Under the pieces are notes generated by a model, which was not told the DNA's origin, did no database searches, and saw only the letters and a program-made list of their open reading frames with translations. Source: Syntrophales bacterium (GTDB lineage: Bacteria; Desulfobacterota; Syntrophia; Syntrophales; UBA4778). Taken from it: a stretch of DNA of 64,000 nt. Shown here in pieces: positions 28,244 through 36,135 of the stretch. Position 1 is the stretch's first letter, and each line of letters opens with the position of its first letter. The translations under genes were made by a program, and so were the position numbers. The DNA lies in assembly GCA_963665615.2 (NCBI GenBank), contig CAXXQE010000008.1:310001-374000 (forward strand), in the 5' to 3' direction.

Positions 28244-29347
28244 GTGAAACAAGGTAGATTTCTTGTTCTCGGTATCGGTCCCGCACAAGTTGACCTGCTG
28301 GAGTATCTGCAGGGCGTTTTTGAAGTCCATGCCTGCAGCAATGTTGCGGAGGGGCCGGGTCTATTGTTGTGTGACAGATTCTCACTGATCGATATTACAG
28401 ATATTAACGCGCTGCATGCATATTGCCTACTGCATGCCATTGACTATGTCTATTCGGTTGGGTCCGATCTTGCAATGCCCAGCGTGGCTATGGTCAGTGA
28501 ACAGATGTCGCTGCCCTGTTTCGTTTCCCCGGAAACGGCGTGGCTCTGCAACTCCAAGCGGCTCTTTCGGGAGAAAACTTCAGCAACCCGCGCACATGTC
28601 GAGTTCGCGGTTTTGACTCATGCAGATGACCCGGTCCAGCTGCCGGTTCCGCTGATTGTCAAGCCAGTTGACAGTCAGGGACAAAGGGGCATTACCGTCG
28701 TCCATAGAGCCGAACACCTGCCCGGCGCCTTTCACGTGGCTCGGTCCCATTCCCGGTCCGGAGCAGTCATTGCCGAGGCGTTTCTCCAGGGAGACGAAAT
28801 CTCCGTCAGTGCCTATTTGCGCGATGGCAATCTGGAATTTTTCATGGTTTCCGACCGGATCTCCTGGCCGGACTATGATGGCGGCTTCATTCACAAGCAT
28901 ATTGTGCCCAGTACCATCAGCATGACAGCCCACGGGAAGGTTCGGCGCCTTGTACAGGAGGTTGCGACACTACTCGGCATCCTTAATGGGCCAGCATATT
29001 TTCAAATCAAAGTGGTCGCCGGTAAACCAAGGCTCATCGAGGTAACACCCCGTCTCGATGGCTGCCATCTCTGGCGCCTCCTGTCCTGGGCAGCAGGCGT
29101 TGATCTGCTTGACCTGACATTGAAGCATCTGACGCGGCAACCCTATGTCCTTCCGAATGCACTGCCGATGGACGCCACCTGGGTTCTGGAGTTTTTCTGT
29201 GAAGCGCCCGGACGCGCCTTTCGCCGGAAGGAGCATCCGGTACACCGCAATGCTGTTCATTCCTGCTATTATTACGAAGACGGACAAATTGTCAGGGTGA
29301 TTAACGGCTACAAGGAAAAATGCGGCTACCAGATTTATCGGGTGTAA
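28244..29347 (+). CDS. Second ATP-grasp ligase
   Basis: VLGIGPAQ, VKPVDSQGQRGI, EAFLQGDEI, IEVTPRLDG; GTG start. Confidence 0.85.
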   Translation: MKQGRFLVLGIGPAQVDLLEYLQGVFEVHACSNVAEGPGLLLCDRFSLIDITDINALHAYCLLHAIDYVYSVGSDLAMPSVAMVSEQMSLPCFVSPETAWLCNSKRLFREKTSATRAHVEFAVLTHADDPVQLPVPLIVKPVDSQGQRGITVVHRAEHLPGAFHVARSHSRSGAVIAEAFLQGDEISVSAYLRDGNLEFFMVSDRISWPDYDGGFIHKHIVPSTISMTAHGKVRRLVQEVATLLGILNGPAYFQIKVVAGKPRLIEVTPRLDGCHLWRLLSWAAGVDLLDLTLKHLTRQPYVLPNALPMDATWVLEFFCEAPGRAFRRKEHPVHRNAVHSCYYYEDGQIVRVINGYKEKCGYQIYRV

Positions 29348-29348
29348 A

Positions 29349-30257
29349 ATGAACCTTGTCATTACCGGTGGGACGGGCTTTGTGAGCAGATGGCTTCTGG
29401 CTTCCCTGCCCGAGGATCATGATGCTCTCGTCCTGTCGCGTCAGGCGGCTTCACCTGCCCTTGATGTAGCCGGACGAAAATTCCGTCTCCAGGCTACCGA
29501 CTATAGCGTGACAAGCCTCCGTAAAGCCTTTGCCGGCGCCGATGCGGTGATACACCTGGCGGCACAACGTCATGTCGATGCGGATGCGGGCGACTTTCTT
29601 AAAAATCTTTGTATTGATACCGCAGTCTTCAGCGCCTGCGCAGCGCAGGACGTTACGAATATTGTTTTTGCCTCCAGTCGCGCAGTTTACGGCAGCCAGG
29701 CAGCGCCCTGGACAGAGCAGCACACGCCCCAGCCCGAAACACCCTATGCCGTGGCTAAGTTGCAGACGGAGGTGCAGGCTGCGTACCATAACCGGCGTGG
29801 CTTGCACATCAAGTCGTTGCGTATCGCCCAAGTCCTCGGTTTTGGAGAACGTCCCGCGAGCGTCGTGCCAACTTTTCTCAGGAATGCGTTTCGAGGTCGG
29901 CCGCTCGTCCTGACGGCAGCCGGGCACCTGGTTCGGGAATATATCTATGTCAAAGACCTAGCCATCGCGCTGCTCGCAGCCGTTAATCGACCGGAAGTGG
30001 CCGGCATCTTCAATCTCGGTTCCGGTGAGGTGATAACCCTTGAGGGCTTGGCGGTGCTGATCAACCGTGTCTTTGCCAACGATGCCGGAATCGTCCGGTC
30101 TGACCGGTCGCGCCTAGTGGATGAAACGAGCCTTATGGACAGTTCCCGGTTTAGGGAAGTATTCGCCTGGACGCCATACTGGACCATGGAATCGGCCTGC
30201 TGGGATATACGCACTCTGTTGGCTGATCCGGCTGTTGTTGCTGCATACGGCTTTTGA
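29349..30257 (+). CDS. NAD-dependent epimerase/dehydratase (extended SDR)
   Basis: TGGTGFV, HLAA, SSRAVYG, YAVAK. Confidence 0.88.
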   Translation: MNLVITGGTGFVSRWLLASLPEDHDALVLSRQAASPALDVAGRKFRLQATDYSVTSLRKAFAGADAVIHLAAQRHVDADAGDFLKNLCIDTAVFSACAAQDVTNIVFASSRAVYGSQAAPWTEQHTPQPETPYAVAKLQTEVQAAYHNRRGLHIKSLRIAQVLGFGERPASVVPTFLRNAFRGRPLVLTAAGHLVREYIYVKDLAIALLAAVNRPEVAGIFNLGSGEVITLEGLAVLINRVFANDAGIVRSDRSRLVDETSLMDSSRFREVFAWTPYWTMESACWDIRTLLADPAVVAAYGF

Positions 30258-30305
30258 TGGCCTACCTGGTGCATTATTGCCCTTAAGCATTCTGTGAGGA
30301 AAATG

Positions 30306-30499
30306 CCTGACCAGTATTGAATCGGGGAAGATGCCGATCAGCTCTTCCATTGAGTCAAAGCGTCATCAGCACATAACTTTCTGCTATTCCGATAGGACCA
30401 TCATGTTGCGAAGATCGTTCTTACTTTCACCCGCTGTATTGATTGCCTTTTTCATCATCCTGCGCACTGTAAGCCAAATTCTGTTTAAGCATATCGCCA
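30306..30499 (+). repeat. Direct repeat copy 2 (194 bp)
   Basis: Contains a decayed GT2 3' end (CGA to TGA) and the intact start of the EamA gene. Confidence 0.95.
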
Positions 30500-30798
30500 T
30501 AGGACCGGCGGGACATGATTATCTGGCGCTATTTTTTGATCCCTTATTCTACCTGGTCTGTGTCGTCTTTATCGGGCAGGTCGGGACGTGGACAGCGGTT
30601 CTCAGCCGACTGCCTTTGACGACGGCTTATCCCTTTGGGAGTCTTTCCCTGATTACACTATTGGCGAGTGCCGTTATTCTGTTCGGGGAAAAAATAACCA
30701 GCGGCAATATAATTGGAACCGCTATTATCATATTGGGAGCCTACGTCATTGCACAAAAAGATAAACGACGCATATATGTTCCGAAGGATCATCCATGA
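30403..30798 (+). CDS. SMR/EamA small membrane protein (ArnE/F-like flippase subunit)
   Basis: Four TMs, LSRLPLTTAYP, LFGEKI. Confidence 0.8.
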   Translation: MLRRSFLLSPAVLIAFFIILRTVSQILFKHIAIGPAGHDYLALFFDPLFYLVCVVFIGQVGTWTAVLSRLPLTTAYPFGSLSLITLLASAVILFGEKITSGNIIGTAIIILGAYVIAQKDKRRIYVPKDHP

Positions 30799-31148
30799 CA
30801 CGATACTATCTTCTTGTTTACGCATCAGTATTCATTGCAGCAATCGGACAGATCCTGATGAAGCATGGAACAAATAAAAAGGTTATCGACCTCGTCATTT
30901 TACAACTTAATCCGTGGCTCATGTTCGGACTGGGATGCATGGTCCTATCTATGCTGCTCAATATACGAGGGTTGAGCGCGATACCCCTTCGCGATATGGC
31001 CTTTATTTTGCCGACGGTCTATATTCTCGTTCCCCTTTTGTCATTCTTTTTTCTGGGAGAACGTATGGAACGACACGCGATTGCCGGGACAGTGCTAATA
31101 GTGATCGGAATGATTCTCTTCAATTTGCCGTTGCCTCAGTTGTTTTAG
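30795..31148 (+). CDS. SMR/EamA small membrane protein (ArnE/F-like flippase subunit)
   Basis: GQILMK, FFLGE, four TMs; ATGA overlap with partner. Confidence 0.8.
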   Translation: MTRYYLLVYASVFIAAIGQILMKHGTNKKVIDLVILQLNPWLMFGLGCMVLSMLLNIRGLSAIPLRDMAFILPTVYILVPLLSFFFLGERMERHAIAGTVLIVIGMILFNLPLPQLF

Positions 31149-31215
31149 CAGCCGACCTCTTCTGGTCGTCACGATCAACGACCAGAAATCGTCATCTCGT
31201 GATGGAAGAAATTGC

Positions 31216-31842
31216 ATGAACGAAATTACTCATGGCGTCAGATCCCTTTTGTCGTATTCCTGGGTATATGACTGGTTTCAAAGAGTTGTCGGCAGGAAGA
31301 ATGGTCGTGCGCTCATTGCGGCCAAGTATATCAAAGCGCAGACCGGTGACCGCGTTCTGGATATAGGATGTGGTACGGCAAAGTGGCGTACATACTTGCC
31401 AGACGTCGAGTATTATGGTTTCGACCCTAATCCGAATTACATCCAATCTGCAAGCGAAACCTTTCGCAATATCCCGCTGTGCACTTTTCTGTGTGCCTCT
31501 ATTGACGATGTCACATTAGACTTGAGACAGAAGTATGATATTGCGCTGGCAATAGGGGTCCTTCATCACTTGGACGATGCGGCGGTTGTTAGGTTAGCCA
31601 GGCTTGCTCAAAGTGCCCTGAAAACCTCCGGGCGATTGATCATCATCGATCCTTGTTATTTTAAGGGCCAGTCGTTCGTTGCGAGACGTCTCATTAAGCT
31701 CGACCGGGGTCAGCACGTCAGGGACATCGATGCCTATCTAGGGCTGTTGAACGCCGTATTTAATAATGTTCACTATGAGATTCGTCATAACGCCCTCAGA
31801 ATCCCATACACACATCTGGTGACAGAGTGCAGAGCGGAGTGA
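31216..31842 (+). CDS. Class I SAM-dependent methyltransferase
   Basis: VLDIGCGT, GFD, GVLHHL. Confidence 0.88.
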   Translation: MNEITHGVRSLLSYSWVYDWFQRVVGRKNGRALIAAKYIKAQTGDRVLDIGCGTAKWRTYLPDVEYYGFDPNPNYIQSASETFRNIPLCTFLCASIDDVTLDLRQKYDIALAIGVLHHLDDAAVVRLARLAQSALKTSGRLIIIDPCYFKGQSFVARRLIKLDRGQHVRDIDAYLGLLNAVFNNVHYEIRHNALRIPYTHLVTECRAE

Positions 31843-32969
31843 AAATACCCTTCAACAAACCCTTTATTGTCGGAAAGGAGCTTGACTATATCTCTCGGGC
31901 TGTCGATGGGGGGCACCTCTCGGGTGATGGTCAGTATACAAAGAAGTGCCACCAATGGCTTGAGCAGCGTCTCCGTTCTCCCAAAGCCCTACTCACTCAT
32001 TCATGTACTGCTGCACTTGAGATGGCGGCCATATTATCCGACATAAAACCAGGCGACGAGGTCATCATGCCGTCGTTTACCTTTGTCTCGACGGCTAACG
32101 CTTTCGTCCTTCGGGGCGGTGTCCCTGTATTTATTGATATTCGTCGGGACAATCTCAACCTGGACGAACGCCTGATTGAAGCTGCGATAACACCCAAGAC
32201 AAAGGCGATCGTAGCAGTTCATTATGCAGGTGTACCATGTGAAATGGATAGCATTATGGCGACGGCCGGCAACAACGATCTCTATGTGATCGAAGACGCT
32301 GCCCAGGCACTTCTCTCAACCTATAACGGTCGGCATCTTGGCGCGATAGGTCACTTCGGCTGCCTGAGTTTCCATGAAACAAAAAATGTTATCAGCGGAG
32401 AGGGCGGGGCGCTGCTGATTAATGACCCGGCACATTCTGAACGGGCTGAAATCATAAGAGAGAAGGGCACGAATCGAAGCAAATATTTTCGCGGGCAAGT
32501 CGATAAATATACATGGGTAGATATCGGTTCATCTTATCTGCCCAGTGAGCTTGTCGGTGCTTTTCTTTATGCTCAGCTCGAGCAGGCGGATCAAATTGTC
32601 GAGACCAGATGCCGTCTTTTCCAGCGTTACCTCACGTTGTTGCGCACGCTTGAGGATGCCGGCAAAATCCGATTGCCTTATATCAACAGCGTCCATGGAT
32701 GCAATGGCCATATGTTCTATATTATTACGGGTTCGGAAGGCGAAAGGATGGCTCTTATCGACAACCTCAAAAAATTGGAGATCCACGCCGTATTCCACTA
32801 TATTCCCCTGCACTCGTCACCCGGGGGGATGAAATATGGTCGCACGAGGGGTTCCATGTGTGTAACTGAAGAACTGAGCGGCAGGGTCTTGAGATTACCC
32901 CTTTATTTCGAAATGCAGGATGATGACGTCGATAGGGTGTCAGATGCTATTATTGCTTTCTATAGCTAG
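31839..32969 (+). CDS. rffA: dTDP-4-amino-4,6-dideoxygalactose transaminase-like (RffA/WecE)
   Basis: IPFNKP, SCTAALEMAA, SFHETKN, EKGTNRS, VDKYTWVDIGSSYLP; GTG start overlapping upstream stop. Confidence 0.85.
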   Translation: MKIPFNKPFIVGKELDYISRAVDGGHLSGDGQYTKKCHQWLEQRLRSPKALLTHSCTAALEMAAILSDIKPGDEVIMPSFTFVSTANAFVLRGGVPVFIDIRRDNLNLDERLIEAAITPKTKAIVAVHYAGVPCEMDSIMATAGNNDLYVIEDAAQALLSTYNGRHLGAIGHFGCLSFHETKNVISGEGGALLINDPAHSERAEIIREKGTNRSKYFRGQVDKYTWVDIGSSYLPSELVGAFLYAQLEQADQIVETRCRLFQRYLTLLRTLEDAGKIRLPYINSVHGCNGHMFYIITGSEGERMALIDNLKKLEIHAVFHYIPLHSSPGGMKYGRTRGSMCVTEELSGRVLRLPLYFEMQDDDVDRVSDAIIAFYS

Positions 32970-33008
32970 TGGCTCAACTGCTTTGCAAATTATAGCAGGT
33001 CAATATCC

Positions 33009-34103
33009 ATGAAAAAAATACTCCTCTTTACATATCTGCAGCGCCATCTGAAAAAAATGATTCCGATTATCCGGGAGCTTTCCAACAATTCAAGCGTTTC
33101 GCTTGAAGTTCTTCTCATGACGCAGGAAGAGCGAGAGATTGCCGAACAGTATGGCATTACATATAAAATGCTTGATGAGTTCACGACCAAGCCGAGGCAA
33201 TATGACTTCGATCTTGCATGGGGGCTGGAGCCATTAATCAATGCCATTGACAAAATCAACCCGGATTTGTTTCTGGCCATTGAGGTCAATTTTATTCTGA
33301 GAAATGCAGTCCGATATTGTCGTGAAAAGAAAATCAGGACGATCATTGTCCAGCATGGCACTCCCAATAAGTACTCCCTGCATGCGTTTGTTCCTTTTGA
33401 GGGGGATCTGTTTCTTGCTTGGGGAGATTTTTCCAAGGACTTTCTGGTCCAGCATAATATGCCGCCGGAAAAGGTCATCCTCACTGGAGGCGTTCCTTTT
33501 GATCGGACATCGACTCTTACAGGCGGCAAAGATCTGATCGCTGACGCCTTAGGCATCGATCCCACCAAACGATGGCTTCTGTTCACGACCCAGCCGAGTG
33601 GCCCTGGAGGTATTCCAACACCCGAGGAAATCAGGATAGGTATTTGGGGCGTCGCTTCTTCAGTATCGCACTATGACGACGTCATATTAATATTTCAGGC
33701 GCATCCATCGCAGGACATTGCATCCATCACTGAAATCCTGAAAGAGACGTCTTCAAATAATTACATCGTCAGCCAATACAGCGATACGGAAGCGTTGATT
33801 CATTCAGCATTTGCTATGATAACTTTCTTCTCCACAACGGCCATTGACGCCGTCTTACTTCGAAAACCTTTGATGCTGATAAATCTTTCAGACGACAAGG
33901 ATTTTTATCCATTTGAGAGCATGGGGGTTGCTTTAGTCACTCATCATATGAATGACATAGATGTTATGGTACAGCGGTTGTTGAATTCCCCTCCCATCGA
34001 CTGGAGCGGCTATGAGCGGGCAGCACAATATATAAATTACATGAACGATGGCAACGCGCTAAAACGCGTCATGTCTATCATTTATCAAAATTCGGGGATA
34101 TAA
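33009..34103 (+). CDS. GT-B-like protein, candidate CMP-nonulosonate transferase
   Basis: QHG, AWG, TG..FD, HP motif (FQAHPSQ), STTAIDA; immediately upstream of neuB/neuA-like genes. Confidence 0.5.
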   Translation: MKKILLFTYLQRHLKKMIPIIRELSNNSSVSLEVLLMTQEEREIAEQYGITYKMLDEFTTKPRQYDFDLAWGLEPLINAIDKINPDLFLAIEVNFILRNAVRYCREKKIRTIIVQHGTPNKYSLHAFVPFEGDLFLAWGDFSKDFLVQHNMPPEKVILTGGVPFDRTSTLTGGKDLIADALGIDPTKRWLLFTTQPSGPGGIPTPEEIRIGIWGVASSVSHYDDVILIFQAHPSQDIASITEILKETSSNNYIVSQYSDTEALIHSAFAMITFFSTTAIDAVLLRKPLMLINLSDDKDFYPFESMGVALVTHHMNDIDVMVQRLLNSPPIDWSGYERAAQYINYMNDGNALKRVMSIIYQNSGI

Positions 34104-34108
34104 GACAC

Positions 34109-34969
34109 ATGGAGCCATATGTCATTGCAGAGGTAGGATGCAATCATAAAGGGGATATAGAAATCGCACGTAAAATGATTTCTATCGCAAAATCTTTTTG
34201 CAATGTGGATTCCGTTAAGTTCCAGAAGCGATCCCCGCTTGAGTTGTTATCCATGGAGGCATACAATGCTCCACACCCGGATCCACATCACGCATATGCC
34301 GACACCTATGGCAAGCACAGGGAGGCGTTAGAATTTTCAATCGAACAGCACAAGAATCTGATGGAACTCTGCGAGACGCTCGGAATCGGATATAGTTGTT
34401 CCGTATGGGATATAACATCGGCTAGAGAGATTGCATCCCTGAACCCGAAATCCATTAAGATTCCATCTGCGGCGAATCTTAACAACCCCGTTGTCGATTA
34501 TATTTGCGATCATTATGCTGGCGAAATTCATTTATCTTTCGGCATGACCACGGAAGATGAGGAGCATGCAATCATTGATCGGCTCATCAAAAAGAAACGA
34601 AACAGGGACGTCGTTATATACTCATGCGTTTCCGCATACCCCGTTCCTTTCGAAAATCTGTCGTTGTTGGATATCAAACGACTGGAAAATGAATATGGTT
34701 CCCAGGTAAAGGCGATTGGTTTTTCAGGGCATCATTTGGGGATCGCCGCAGATATCGCTGCCTTGGCACTTGGAGCTCGCTATTTTGAACGACACTTCAC
34801 GTTAGATCGGACCTGGAAAGGAACCGATCATGCGGCCAGTCTGGAGCCGGATGGTATGCGACGCCTGGCAAGAGATATGCGTAACGTAGCGAAGGCGTTG
34901 ACTTATAAAGACGGCATTCTCGATATTGAGCAGCCTCAACGATTGAAGCTCAAGCAGGTGATATCATGA
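34109..34969 (+). CDS. NeuB-family nonulosonate synthase lacking the C-terminal SAF/AFP domain
   Basis: IAEVGCNHKG, VKFQKR, KIPSA, GFSGH, ERHFTLDR, DHAASLEP; only 286 aa. Confidence 0.9.
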   Translation: MEPYVIAEVGCNHKGDIEIARKMISIAKSFCNVDSVKFQKRSPLELLSMEAYNAPHPDPHHAYADTYGKHREALEFSIEQHKNLMELCETLGIGYSCSVWDITSAREIASLNPKSIKIPSAANLNNPVVDYICDHYAGEIHLSFGMTTEDEEHAIIDRLIKKKRNRDVVIYSCVSAYPVPFENLSLLDIKRLENEYGSQVKAIGFSGHHLGIAADIAALALGARYFERHFTLDRTWKGTDHAASLEPDGMRRLARDMRNVAKALTYKDGILDIEQPQRLKLKQVIS

Positions 34970-36135
34970 ATCGTCACATCGTTGCCTTCATCCCCGTGCG
35001 TGGCGGCAGCAAGGGCATCCCGCTGAAAAACATCAAGCCATTTTGTGGTAAACCTCTCGCTTATTGGGTTATCGCAGCAGCAAATCTGTGCCAACTCGTC
35101 GACAAAATCTACGTTTCTACAGACAGTGACGTCATCGGGGGCGAGGTTGAATCGTTTGCCTTCAAGAATGTTGAAGTGATCTCCCGAAGCCCTCACACAG
35201 CAGGCGACACAGCATCAACCGAGTCAGCCATGCTGGAGTTTGCGACAACGCATGAATTCACGGATATTCTCTTGATTCAAGCAACCTCCCCTCTATTGAA
35301 TGCCGTGCATCTTACTGCCGGAATTGAAAAATATCTTTCATCGGCTTCGGACTCTCTTTTATCAGTTGTACGCCAGAAGCGCTTCATCTGGAGCGACGAT
35401 GGGAAGGCTGCCAATTACGACCCTCAAAATAGACCAAGAAGGCAAGATTGGGGCGGTTTTCTGGTTGAAAACGGGGCGTTCTATATTACTTCAAAGGAAG
35501 CGATTCTTGATAGCGGCTGCAGGATCTCCGGGAGAATTGATCTTTATGAAATGCCTGAAGACAGCTATTTCGAGATAGATACCCAAGAAGATTGGATTGT
35601 TGCTGAGCATCTCAAGTATCGGCAGATACGCTCGCAGCGAAGCGTTATGCCGAGTTTTCAGAAGATTAAATTACTGATCTGTGATGTTGATGGTGTCTTG
35701 ACAGATGCAGGGATGTATTATGGATCAGATGGAAATGAACTGAAAAAGTATAATACGCGTGACGGAATGGGAATCGAACTGCTGCGCAAGGCCGGCATTA
35801 AAACAATGTTTCTTTCATCGGAAGAGTCAGGCATCATTGTCAAGCGCGCAAACAAATTAAGCATTGATTTCCTGTTCATGGGCGTAAAAGATAAATTAGC
35901 TTTCCTAAACGATTTTTTTCAAAGGCAGCATGATTTTTCATTTGAGACTACCGCCTATATTGGAGACGACGTTAACGATATCGCCGCCATGTCAAATGCC
36001 TTTTTTTCCGCCGCGCCTCTCGATGCAATTGAACAGGTAAAACAGCAAAGTAATTACGTATGTCTCGCCGCTGGTGGGACCGGCTGCGTCAGGGAAGTCT
36101 GCGATCTGATTCTCGGAAATTCTAAGCATGCCTAG
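34966..36135 (+). CDS. Acylneuraminate cytidylyltransferase fused to a KdsC-type HAD phosphatase
   Basis: IPVRGGSKGIPLKN, QATSP, RPRRQD, EID; then DVDGVLTD, RDGMG, YIGDDVND, GCVREVCD. Confidence 0.9.
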   Translation: MNRHIVAFIPVRGGSKGIPLKNIKPFCGKPLAYWVIAAANLCQLVDKIYVSTDSDVIGGEVESFAFKNVEVISRSPHTAGDTASTESAMLEFATTHEFTDILLIQATSPLLNAVHLTAGIEKYLSSASDSLLSVVRQKRFIWSDDGKAANYDPQNRPRRQDWGGFLVENGAFYITSKEAILDSGCRISGRIDLYEMPEDSYFEIDTQEDWIVAEHLKYRQIRSQRSVMPSFQKIKLLICDVDGVLTDAGMYYGSDGNELKKYNTRDGMGIELLRKAGIKTMFLSSEESGIIVKRANKLSIDFLFMGVKDKLAFLNDFFQRQHDFSFETTAYIGDDVNDIAAMSNAFFSAAPLDAIEQVKQQSNYVCLAAGGTGCVREVCDLILGNSKHA

